Assembly (NCBI GenBank): GCA_966211675.1
Contig: CBIHPK010000002.1
Span: forward strand, 76,245-140,244
Direction of reading: 5' to 3'
DNA length: 64,000 nucleotides
From: an uncultured Myxococcaceae bacterium
GTDB lineage: Bacteria > Myxococcota_A > Polyangia > Polyangiales > Ga0077539
Shown here piece by piece: positions 50,074-59,795 of the stretch. Positions within the stretch are counted from its first letter, which is position 1; each line of letters begins with the position of its first letter. Below the pieces are notes generated by a model, which worked only from the letters and a program-made list of their open reading frames with translations, had not been told where the DNA came from and did no database searches. The translations under genes were made by a program, and so were the position numbers.

Positions 50074-51009
50074 TCACGCTGCGAGGAAGTCGTTCACCGC
50101 GCGAACGAAGGCCGCGGGCTGCTCGATGAACGGCAGGTGCCCCGCGGCGGCGAGCTCGTGGTAGCGCCCGTGCGGGAGCAGCTCCGCGAGGGCGCGGCTC
50201 TCCTCCGGGCGGAAGGTGAGGTCGTCGTCGCCCGACAGGACGAGCGTCGGGGCGCGCACCTCGGAGGCGAAGGTTCGCGCGTCGAAGCGCTGCGCCGCGG
50301 CGAGGAAGTTGGCGTCGGCCTCGGCGCGGTACCGCATCGACCTCGCCATGGCCTCGATGGTCGCGTCGCTCGGGGGGCGGTGCCACCACATGCGCCCGAG
50401 GCCTCGGAAGAGGCGGGGCAGAGAGTGCGGGTCGCGGAGCGTTCCCTGTGGGGTGGAGAGCGACTGGATGGCGGCCCATCCGGCCTCGCCGAGCGCCTCG
50501 CGTGAGCGCCTCGCCACCGCGCGGACCTGCTCGCCGTCGCGGAGCGGATCGACCAGCACAAGCCGCCGGATGACCTCCGGGTGGCGCGCCGCGAGGGTGA
50601 GCGCGATGGCCGCGCCGAAGTCGTGGGCGATGAGGTCGACGGAGCCTTCGCCGCGAGCGCGGGCGAGCTCCACCAGGTCGGCCGCGGCGTCGGGCAGGGT
50701 GTATCCCTCGGCCTCGGGCGGCGGCGTCGAGCGCCCATGCCCGCGCAGGTCGACGTAGACGAGCGGCGCGGCGGCCGCGAGCGGGTCGAGCCAGGGGCGC
50801 AGGTACGTGTGGTCGAGCCCGGGCCCGCCGTGGAGCACCCAGCGCGCGGTGCGCCCGGGGCCGGGGAGCTCGACGGTGTGGAGCGTGACCGACGAGAGGC
50901 GCACGTCGCGGGTGCGGGCGATGACGGCGCCCGGAGCGGGCGAGCCGCGTCGGCAGGCGAGGGCGCAGGAGGCGAGGCCCGCGAGGAGCTGGCGGCGGCG
51001 GAGCAACAT
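50074..51009 (-). CDS. alpha/beta hydrolase (proline-iminopeptidase-like) with Tat/lipoprotein-type signal
   Basis: Internal start MLLRRRQLLAGLASCALAC. …VLHGGPGLDH…, …LIAHDFGAAIAL… (nucleophile-elbow region, here with Asp at the nucleophile position), C-terminal …AAAGHLPFIEQP…. Confidence 0.8.
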   Translation of the reverse strand: MLLRRRQLLAGLASCALACRRGSPAPGAVIARTRDVRLSSVTLHTVELPGPGRTARWVLHGGPGLDHTYLRPWLDPLAAAAPLVYVDLRGHGRSTPPPEAEGYTLPDAAADLVELARARGEGSVDLIAHDFGAAIALTLAARHPEVIRRLVLVDPLRDGEQVRAVARRSREALGEAGWAAIQSLSTPQGTLRDPHSLPRLFRGLGRMWWHRPPSDATIEAMARSMRYRAEADANFLAAAQRFDARTFASEVRAPTLVLSGDDDLTFRPEESRALAELLPHGRYHELAAAGHLPFIEQPAAFVRAVNDFLAA

Positions 51010-51113
51010 GACCGGCAAGAGGGTCTCGGGAGGGTGAGCGAAGTGGAGCCGCGCCGCCAGGAAGCGGGAGGAGGGAGGAGAGCTCCCGAAGAGTGGAGCC
51101 GCACCGGCGCGCG

Positions 51114-52040
51114 ATGCTACGACCAGCAGCGATGGATCCGTCGCCCAGGGATGAGATGCTCCAATTGCTCCGCGACCTCGGCGCACAGCTCGCGTGGCAG
51201 CGGGACGCCGGCCTCCTGGACGCGCCCTCGCAGGGGCCCATGCCCGAGGCGCGCCCGCCCGCTCCGCCGGTGGCCGTCGCTCCGCCGGTGGTCGTGGCCG
51301 TCGCTCCGCCAGTGGCTGTCGCTCCGTCGGTCGTGGCGGTCGCTCCGTCGGTCGTGGCGGTCGCTCCGCCTCCGCTTGCGGCGCCGGTCTTAGCGGACCC
51401 GGTAAGGATCGCTCCCGCGGCGACGCCGGTCGCAGCCGCGAGCGTCGAGGGTCGCGCCGGGGCGCTGCGGGTGATCCAGGACGAGGTGAAGGCATGCCGA
51501 GCGTGCGCCCTCGCGGCGAAGCGGACGCAGACGGTGTTCGCCCGAGGCAACCCCGACGCTCGCCTCTGCTTCATCGGCGAGGGGCCGGGCGCCGACGAGG
51601 ACCGTACGGGCCTGCCCTTCGTCGGGGTCGCGGGGCAGCTCCTCGACCGGATCATCGCCGCGATGCGGCTGACCGAGGATCAGGTCTACATCGCCAACAT
51701 CGTGAAGTGTCGGCCGCCCAACAACCGCGTGCCCTACGACGAGGAGATGTCGGCGTGCACGCCCTTCCTGCTGCGGCAGCTGGAGGTGGTGAAGCCCGAG
51801 GTGATCGTGGCGCTCGGCAAGACGGCCGCGGGGTTCCTGCTGGACGAGAAGGGGACGATGACTTCCATGCGAGGGCGCTGGCACTCGTGGAAGGGGGTTC
51901 CGGTGATGCCCACGTGGCACCCGTCGTATGTGCTGCGGGTGCGCGACGACCCGAAGAGCACCGCCCGCGCCGAGGTCTGGACGGACATGAAGCTGGTGCT
52001 CGAGCGGCTCGGGTTGCCCGTGCCCTCGGCGCGTGGTTGA
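51114..52040 (+). CDS. family-4 uracil-DNA glycosylase with an N-terminal extension and a repetitive Ala/Pro/Val linker
   Basis: …CFIGEGPGADEDRTGLPFVGVAGQLL…, …IANIVKCRPPNNR…, …HPSYVLR…. The start choice (ATG 51114 versus GTG 51093 or ATG 51133) is uncertain. Confidence 0.85.
   Translation: MLRPAAMDPSPRDEMLQLLRDLGAQLAWQRDAGLLDAPSQGPMPEARPPAPPVAVAPPVVVAVAPPVAVAPSVVAVAPSVVAVAPPPLAAPVLADPVRIAPAATPVAAASVEGRAGALRVIQDEVKACRACALAAKRTQTVFARGNPDARLCFIGEGPGADEDRTGLPFVGVAGQLLDRIIAAMRLTEDQVYIANIVKCRPPNNRVPYDEEMSACTPFLLRQLEVVKPEVIVALGKTAAGFLLDEKGTMTSMRGRWHSWKGVPVMPTWHPSYVLRVRDDPKSTARAEVWTDMKLVLERLGLPVPSARG
51261..51372 (+). repeat. in-frame tandem repeat in the UDG linker (VAVAPP/SVVAVAP units)
   Basis: Two perfect 21-nt copies of gtcgctccgtcggtcgtggcg (51318..51338 and 51339..51359), preceded and followed by degenerate copies. 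Encodes APPVAVAPPVVVAVAPPVAVAPSVVAVAPSVVAVAPPP. Confidence 0.9.
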
Positions 52041-52048
52041 TCCGGTCC

Positions 52049-52495
52049 ATGACCTCCGCCGCCAAGACCCGACCCGACGACGACGAGCTCCCCGACCTCG
52101 CGCCGCTCGACACCGACGAGGGCGTGGTCGAGGTCCCCGACGAGCTCCGCCCCGACGCGTGGGACGACAGCCTCGAAGGGGATGACGACGTCGTGGGCGT
52201 CGACCCCGGCGCGCTGGCCGTGGTGGCCTTCGACGACGACACGCCGGGCGAGGACGACCAGGGCTCGCCGGACGATCCGATCGACGCCCTGCCCGAGGAC
52301 GACCGCGGGAGGTGGGTCGGCGACGAGGAGCGACCGGGCGACGACGTGGCGGAGATCGACGAGCCCCCGGGCGACCAGCCCGACGGCGGCGAGGACGGCC
52401 CGACGCGCGACCCCTACGACGAGGTCGACACCGCGCTGCCCGCGCTCGACGACGGCGACGACGAAGAGGGGCCGACGGACGAGCCGCCCGCGTAG
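52049..52495 (+). CDS. extremely acidic (Asp/Glu/Pro-rich) small protein, probably co-transcribed with the UDG gene
   Basis: ATG 8 nt after the UDG stop. 148 aa, of which roughly a third are D/E, with very few K/R. GC3-rich frame. No recognised family. Confidence 0.55.
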   Translation: MTSAAKTRPDDDELPDLAPLDTDEGVVEVPDELRPDAWDDSLEGDDDVVGVDPGALAVVAFDDDTPGEDDQGSPDDPIDALPEDDRGRWVGDEERPGDDVAEIDEPPGDQPDGGEDGPTRDPYDEVDTALPALDDGDDEEGPTDEPPA

Positions 52496-53457
52496 GGCGG
52501 GATGTCGATGTCGTCGCGGTGGCGGTCGTAGTGGCGGCGAAACCACGCGAGCGCGAGCGCGCCGAGCACCACCGCGAACCAGAGCGTGGCGAGCCGGCAG
52601 AGCAGCGTCCCGGCCTTGGCGGCGGGCGCGGGGATGGCGCCGTGGGAGAGCGCGACGAGCAGCGAGATCATGGTGATCTCCGCGCCGCCGACGCCGCCCG
52701 GGAGCATCGCGACGGCGCCCGCGAGGGTGGAGGTCGCGTACACGAAGGACGCGAGCGACAGCGGCGCCGGGGTGCCGAGGCCGACGAGGATGACCCAGAG
52801 CCCGAGGGCCTCGAGCGCCCACGCGAGCACGGAGATCGCGGTCGGCAGCAGCAGGGCCTTCGGCGAGGCGAGAATGCGCAGCGCGTCGTAGGCGTCGCGC
52901 ACCTTCGGCGAGAGGCGGCGGCCGACGGCGAAGCGCTCGGTGAGCGAGATCACCCACTCGCCGAGCGGGCGGACGAGCACGAAGAGCATCAGTGCGACGA
53001 CGAGCGAGGAGGCCGCGAGCGCGACGATCCAGCCGCCGGGGAAGAGCAGGCCGCCGAGGGCGACCATGGCGATGAGCGAGATGAGGTCCGTGAGGCGGTC
53101 GGCGATGACGATGGGCGCGGTGCGGGCGATGGGGTAGCCGCGGGCGCTGGCGAGGAGCGCGCTCTTGAAGACCTCGCCGGCCTTGGCGGGGGTCACGGAC
53201 ATCGCGAAGCCCGCGACGTAGATGCAGAAGCTCTCCGCCAGCGGGACGTCGCGGATGCCCAGCAGGCGCAGGTAGAAGTCCCACTTGAAGAAGCGGAGCG
53301 CGTAGTTGCCGAGCGAGAGCGCGAGGGAGGCGGCGAAGGTCCACCAGGCGAAGGTGGAGAGCGTGGCCCGGAGGGCGCGCACGTCGCCGAGCAGCGCGAT
53401 GGCGCCGTAGAGCAGCGCGACGGCGAGCACCACGGCGAGGATGCGTTTGGTGTTCAT
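52414..53457 (-). CDS. UPF0104 / lysylphosphatidylglycerol-synthase-TM-region-like (flippase-like) membrane protein
   Basis: ~8 predicted TM helices. The layout (…FKWDFYLRLLGI…, …PGGVGGAEI…) is typical of the family. The last ~27 codons overlap the 3' end of the convergent acidic-protein gene. Confidence 0.7.
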   Translation of the reverse strand: MNTKRILAVVLAVALLYGAIALLGDVRALRATLSTFAWWTFAASLALSLGNYALRFFKWDFYLRLLGIRDVPLAESFCIYVAGFAMSVTPAKAGEVFKSALLASARGYPIARTAPIVIADRLTDLISLIAMVALGGLLFPGGWIVALAASSLVVALMLFVLVRPLGEWVISLTERFAVGRRLSPKVRDAYDALRILASPKALLLPTAISVLAWALEALGLWVILVGLGTPAPLSLASFVYATSTLAGAVAMLPGGVGGAEITMISLLVALSHGAIPAPAAKAGTLLCRLATLWFAVVLGALALAWFRRHYDRHRDDIDIPPYAGGSSVGPSSSSPSSSAGSAVSTSS

Positions 53458-53485
53458 GTCGTCGGTGGGAGGAAGGGAGGGACGG

Positions 53486-54943
<1,458 letters not shown>

Positions 54944-55006
54944 CGCCCGCCCTGGCGACGAGCGCGGCGCCACTTCGGCGAGGCGGGTGGTGTTAGTCTC
55001 CGCGCC

Positions 55007-55633
55007 GTGTCGGACCCCGCACGCCCGCGTTCCTCCGCCCGCGCGGACATCTGGAACATCCCCAACGCCCTCACCATGAGCCGCGTGGCGATGATTCCGG
55101 TGGTGCTCTACTACGTGACCGCGGGGACGCCCCGCGACGCCGTCATCGCCGGCTGGCTCTACGGCGCCACCGCCGTGACCGACCTGCTCGACGGCTACCT
55201 GGCCCGCAAGCAAGGGCTCGTGAGCGTGTTCGGGAAGTTCCTCGACCCGCTGGCGGACAAGCTCCTGGTGATGGCGACGCTGGTCTACCTCACGCGCATG
55301 GGGCGCATCGCGCCGTGGATCGTGGTGGTCCTCCTCGGCCGCGAGCTCTCCATCACCTCGCTGCGGGCCATCGCGGCCAACGAGGGCGTGGTCATCGCGG
55401 CGGGCGAGGGCGGCAAGTGGAAGGCCGCCATCCAGATGGTCGGCATCCTCTGCCTCGTCCTGCACTTCCGCTATCCCGTGGTGCCCTTCTACCCCCACCC
55501 GGTCGACCTCAACCTCTGCGGGCAGTGGCTGGTGGTGCTCTCGATGGTGTTCTCCGTGACCTCGGCGGTCGAGTACACCCGGCTCTTCGTCGCCGCGGTC
55601 GACGCCAAGGAGCGCCGACAGCAGGGGTCATGA
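55007..55633 (+). CDS. pgsA: CDP-diacylglycerol--glycerol-3-phosphate 3-phosphatidyltransferase
   Basis: GTG start. …NIPNALTMSRVAMIP…, CDP-alcohol phosphatidyltransferase motif DLLDGYLARK…G.FLDPLADK. Confidence 0.85.
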   Translation: MSDPARPRSSARADIWNIPNALTMSRVAMIPVVLYYVTAGTPRDAVIAGWLYGATAVTDLLDGYLARKQGLVSVFGKFLDPLADKLLVMATLVYLTRMGRIAPWIVVVLLGRELSITSLRAIAANEGVVIAAGEGGKWKAAIQMVGILCLVLHFRYPVVPFYPHPVDLNLCGQWLVVLSMVFSVTSAVEYTRLFVAAVDAKERRQQGS

Positions 55634-57379
55634 GCCCGGCGCGGTGGAGGGGGGCCCGACCGGCAGCTCGCCGGTAGGCTCCGACGGGCCCGCCATCTGC
55701 GCGGTGATCAGGTCGCGCGGGACCACCCAGCTGAAGATGCTCCCGCCGCCGTCTCGCTCGACGATCTCCACCCGCCCGTGGTGCGCGTCGGCGATGCGCT
55801 TCACGATCGCGAGGCCGAGCCCGGTGCCCCGCGCGGTGCCGGAGTAGAAGGCGTCGAAGATCCGGTCTCGCAGCCCGGGCTCGATGCCGGGCCCGCGGTC
55901 GAGCACCTGGAGCGCCGCCTCGTGCTCCGTGGCGCTCACCACGATCTCGACGTCGGTGCCCACGCGCGAGGCCTGCGCGGCGTTGCGCAGGAGGTTCCAG
56001 AGCACCTGCTTGAACTGCGAGGCGTCGACGGTGGCGACGACCGGCTGCTCGGCGCTCAGCCGGATGTTGACCCTCGCCTCGGGGCCGCCGGAGGTGCGGG
56101 CGAGGGCGACCACGTCCCGCGCGAGCGAGCTCAGGTCGACGGGCGACCGGTCGGGCAGCCGCGGCCTGGCGAACTGGAGCATGTCCGTGACGAGGTCGTT
56201 GAGCCGCGCGACGTCGCGGCTGACCGTGGCGAGCAGGCTGCGCTCCTCGGTGTCGAGCGTCGCGGTCTCGCGCACCAGCTCGACGCACCCGGAGATGGCC
56301 CCGAGGGGGTTGCGGATCTCGTGCGCGAGGCCCGCGGCGAGGTGCCCGAGCTGCGCGAAGCGCTCGGAGGTCTCGACCGCGTGGCGCAGGCCCTCCTCGT
56401 GGGAGCGGTCCTCCACCACCACGATGCCTCCGCGGCGCGAGCCGTCGTGGGAGTAGAGCGGCGCGACGTGGTAGGCGACCGGGATCTCCCGGTACGGCGT
56501 CTTCAGCCGGGCGTCGCCGCTCGAGTTGCCCGCGTCGCCGTCGAGCGCCACGCGGGGGATGAAGGGCAGCACCTCGTGCGCCGGGCGGCCGAGCATCTCG
56601 CCGGGCTCGAGGTCGAGGAAGAGCGCCGCGAAGGGGTTGGCGCCGTCGACGAGGCCCTCGGCGGTGTACGTGACCAGCGCCGCGGGGATCGACCGGAGGA
56701 CGTCCTCGTAGAGCGCGATGAGGCTCACGCGCGAGGCCTCCACTCGCAGCAGCGCGTCGCCGGTGACCACCAGGCGGTCGGCGAGCGCGCCCCCGATGGC
56801 GGTGATGGACACGATGGCGGTGAGGGTGACCACCATCTGGTAGGTGGTCTCGATCGGGTTGTGGGGGATGTGCAGCTGGTCCGACGGGGGCTGCACGAGG
56901 CCGAGCGCGCCGGAGAGCGCGAGCAGGCCGTAGGCGGTGAGCGACGAGACCGCCGTCCAGAGCGTGCCGTTGCCGCCGAGGACGAGCGCGGCGGTGAGGG
57001 TGCTCAGCCCGAAGAAGGTGCTGAGCGGCGAGCCCGCGCCGCCGGTGGCGTAGGCGAGCACCGTCCAGGCGGCGAGGTCGAGCGCGATGCTGACGGCGGT
57101 GAGGCGCAGCAGCCGGGCCCGCGGGGCGACGCGGATCTGCAGAGCGTACACCAGCGAGACGGCGTAGATGGCGATGATCACCGAGAGCAGGAGCTTCGGC
57201 GTGGCGTCGTCGAGCGAGTGCCCCTCCGCGAGGTACACCGCGACGGTGCCGCCGAAGATGACCGTGCAGACCATGACGCGCGCGGCGGTGAGGAGCTGGA
57301 AGCGCTCGCGGAGCTGGGCGTCGGAGTTGCCGACGAGGGAGAGCTGCTCCGGGAGGAGCGACGGGGAGCGCACCGGCAC
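55628..57379 (-). CDS. pilS: PilS-like sensor histidine kinase (six N-terminal TM helices, PAS-like region, HisKA, HATPase)
   Basis: H-box LAHEIRNPLGAISG, N-box LLRNAAQA, G-boxes DRGPGI and GTGLGLAIV. Sits directly after pilC on the same strand. Confidence 0.8.
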   Translation of the reverse strand: MPVRSPSLLPEQLSLVGNSDAQLRERFQLLTAARVMVCTVIFGGTVAVYLAEGHSLDDATPKLLLSVIIAIYAVSLVYALQIRVAPRARLLRLTAVSIALDLAAWTVLAYATGGAGSPLSTFFGLSTLTAALVLGGNGTLWTAVSSLTAYGLLALSGALGLVQPPSDQLHIPHNPIETTYQMVVTLTAIVSITAIGGALADRLVVTGDALLRVEASRVSLIALYEDVLRSIPAALVTYTAEGLVDGANPFAALFLDLEPGEMLGRPAHEVLPFIPRVALDGDAGNSSGDARLKTPYREIPVAYHVAPLYSHDGSRRGGIVVVEDRSHEEGLRHAVETSERFAQLGHLAAGLAHEIRNPLGAISGCVELVRETATLDTEERSLLATVSRDVARLNDLVTDMLQFARPRLPDRSPVDLSSLARDVVALARTSGGPEARVNIRLSAEQPVVATVDASQFKQVLWNLLRNAAQASRVGTDVEIVVSATEHEAALQVLDRGPGIEPGLRDRIFDAFYSGTARGTGLGLAIVKRIADAHHGRVEIVERDGGGSIFSWVVPRDLITAQMAGPSEPTGELPVGPPSTAPGS

Positions 57380-57388
57380 CCCGCGGCC

Positions 57389-58594
57389 TCAGCCGGCCTT
57401 GATATTACCGGCCATGGTAAAGATCGGGAGGTACATCGCGATGATCATGGTGCCGACGCTGCCGCCGATGAACACCATCATGATCGGCTCGAGGAGCGAG
57501 GTCATCGCGGAGACGGCGACGTCGACCTCCTCCTCGTAGAAGTCGGCGATCTTGTTGAGCATGGTGTCGAGGGCGCCGGTCTGCTCGCCCACGGCGATCA
57601 TCTGCACCACCATCGACGGGAACACCTGCGTCTCCGCGAGCGGCTCCGCCATGTTCTTGCCCTCGGCGATCTTCGCGCGGGCGGTCATGATGCCCTGCTC
57701 GATGATGTAGTTGCCCGAGCTCTTGGCCACGATCTCCATGGCGTCGAGGATGGGCACGCCGGACGAGAGCAGCGTGCCGAGCGTGCGGGTGAAGCGCGCG
57801 ACGGCGATCTTGCGCATCACGCCGCCGATGACCGGCATCTGCAGCAGCGCGCGGTCGATGATGCGGGTGCCGCTGGGCGTGCGCTTCCAGTAGATGAAGC
57901 CGTAGACGCCGCCGACGATGCCGCCGACGAGCAGGAAGACGTTGTTGACGAAGAAGTGCGACGCGTTGATGACCGTCTGCGTGAGCGCGGGGAGCTCGCC
58001 GCCGAACTCCTTGAACATCGCCTCGAAGCTCGGGATCACGAAGATCATCATGATCCCGATGACCGCGACGGCGATGCAGAGGACGCCGATGGGGTAGGTG
58101 AGGGCGCTCTTCACCTGGCGGACGAGCTTGGCGTTCTTCTCGATGTACGCCGCGAGGCGCTGGAGGATGGTGTCGAGGATGCCGCCGATCTCTCCGGCGC
58201 GGACCAGGTTGCAGAAGAGGTGATCGAAGATGCGCGGGTGCTTGGCCAGCGAGTCGCTGAAGGTGAGGCCGCCCTCGACGTCGTTCTTCACCGTGCGGAG
58301 CACGCGCGCGAAGGCCGGGTTCTCGATCTGCGAGCCGAGGATGTCGAGGCACTGCACCAGCGGCAGGCCCGCGTCGATCATGGTCGAGAACTGCCTCGTG
58401 AAGATCACGAGGTCCTTGGTGGTGACGCTGCCGCCGCCGCCGAAATTGAAGCTGAAGCCCTTCTTCGCGACCTTCGTCGGCTGGAGCTGCTGCTGTCGGA
58501 GACGCTGCCCGACCGCGGCCTCGTCTTCGGCATCCATGGTGCCGGTGCGAACCTCACCGGTCCGGGTCTTGGCCTCGTAGGTGAACGTCGGCAT
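57389..58594 (-). CDS. pilC: type IV pilus platform protein PilC (GspF family)
   Basis: 401 aa with two T2SSF repeats (…FTRQFSTMIDAGLPLVQCL…, …FTRTLGTLLSSGVPILDAM…). Confidence 0.92.
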   Translation of the reverse strand: MPTFTYEAKTRTGEVRTGTMDAEDEAAVGQRLRQQQLQPTKVAKKGFSFNFGGGGSVTTKDLVIFTRQFSTMIDAGLPLVQCLDILGSQIENPAFARVLRTVKNDVEGGLTFSDSLAKHPRIFDHLFCNLVRAGEIGGILDTILQRLAAYIEKNAKLVRQVKSALTYPIGVLCIAVAVIGIMMIFVIPSFEAMFKEFGGELPALTQTVINASHFFVNNVFLLVGGIVGGVYGFIYWKRTPSGTRIIDRALLQMPVIGGVMRKIAVARFTRTLGTLLSSGVPILDAMEIVAKSSGNYIIEQGIMTARAKIAEGKNMAEPLAETQVFPSMVVQMIAVGEQTGALDTMLNKIADFYEEEVDVAVSAMTSLLEPIMMVFIGGSVGTMIIAMYLPIFTMAGNIKAG

Positions 58595-58648
58595 CGACCG
58601 CGATCGTATTGGGACGCGCGGCCGGGGTCAAAAGGTTCTCGCTGAAGC

Positions 58649-59785
58649 TTACGGTTCTCGCGACGGCGGAGGCCGGGCCGCCCCGGTGGCGCGGGCGGTC
58701 TCCACGAGCTGCAGCAGCTCGATCGGGTCGTTGGAGCGACCCTGCGCCTCTTCGAGCGTGATCTGTCGGCGGGCGACCAGCGTGGCGAGCGACTGGTTCA
58801 TGGTCTGCATCCCGGAGGCGCTCTGCCCGACCTGCATCAGCGAGTAGATCTGGTGGATCTTGTCCTCGCGGATGAGCGAGCGGATGCCCGAGTTGGGCAC
58901 GAGCACCTCCACCGCCGCGATGCGCCCGGGCACCCCCGCGCGCGGCAGGAGCAGCTGCGTCACCACGCCCTGCAGCACGAACGACAGCGAGATGCGCGCC
59001 TGCTGCTGCTGGTGCGCCGGGAACATGTCCACCACGCGGTGGATCGCCTGCCAGGCGGAGTTGGTGTGCAGCGTGCCCAGCACCAGGTGGCCGGTCTCCG
59101 AGACCGTGAGCGCGGCCTCGACGGTCTCCTGGTCGCGCAGCTCGCCGATGAGCACCACGTCCGGGTCCTGCCGCAGCACGTTGCGCAGGGCGTCCTTGAA
59201 CGTGGCCGAGTCGGTGCCCACCTCGCGCTGGTTGACCAGCGAGTTCTTGTTGAGGTGCATGTACTCGATCGGGTCTTCGATCGTGACGATGTGCTGCCGC
59301 GTCTCGGCGTTGATCTTGTCGATGATCGCCGCGAGCGTGGTGGTCTTCCCGCTGCCCGTCGGGCCCGTCACCAGCACCAGCCCGCGGGCCTTGGTGATGA
59401 ACTCTCCCACCACCGGCGGCAGCCCGAGCTCCTCCAGCGCGAGGATCTTGAAGGGGATCGCGCGGAAGGTGCCCGCCACCGCGCCGCGCTGCAGGAAGAT
59501 GTTCGCGCGGAAGCGCGCGAGGCCCTTCACCCCGAAGGACAGGTCGATCTCGCAGCTGCGCTCGAAGCGGGCCCGCTGCTCCTCCGTGAGGATCTGGTAG
59601 CAGAGCCGCTGCGTGTCCGCGGGCGTGAGCACCGCGAGGTTGCGCCGCAGCGGGATCAGCTGGTCGTCGATGCGCAGCATCGGCGGGGCGCCCGTGGTGA
59701 TGTGCAGGTCGCTGGCGCTCCGCTCGACCATGATGCGGAGCAGCTCGAGGATGGACGGGGGGGAGGCCTCGGCGGGGGCAGTCAT
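58649..59785 (-). CDS. pilT: type IV pilus retraction ATPase PilT
   Basis: …ASDLHITTGAPP…, Walker A VTGPTGSGKTTTLAA, …IVTIEDPIE…, …ILRQDPDVVLIGELRD…, …GHLVLGTLHTNSA…. Confidence 0.95.
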   Translation of the reverse strand: MTAPAEASPPSILELLRIMVERSASDLHITTGAPPMLRIDDQLIPLRRNLAVLTPADTQRLCYQILTEEQRARFERSCEIDLSFGVKGLARFRANIFLQRGAVAGTFRAIPFKILALEELGLPPVVGEFITKARGLVLVTGPTGSGKTTTLAAIIDKINAETRQHIVTIEDPIEYMHLNKNSLVNQREVGTDSATFKDALRNVLRQDPDVVLIGELRDQETVEAALTVSETGHLVLGTLHTNSAWQAIHRVVDMFPAHQQQQARISLSFVLQGVVTQLLLPRAGVPGRIAAVEVLVPNSGIRSLIREDKIHQIYSLMQVGQSASGMQTMNQSLATLVARRQITLEEAQGRSNDPIELLQLVETARATGAARPPPSREP

Positions 59786-59795
59786 GGGAGGGGTC

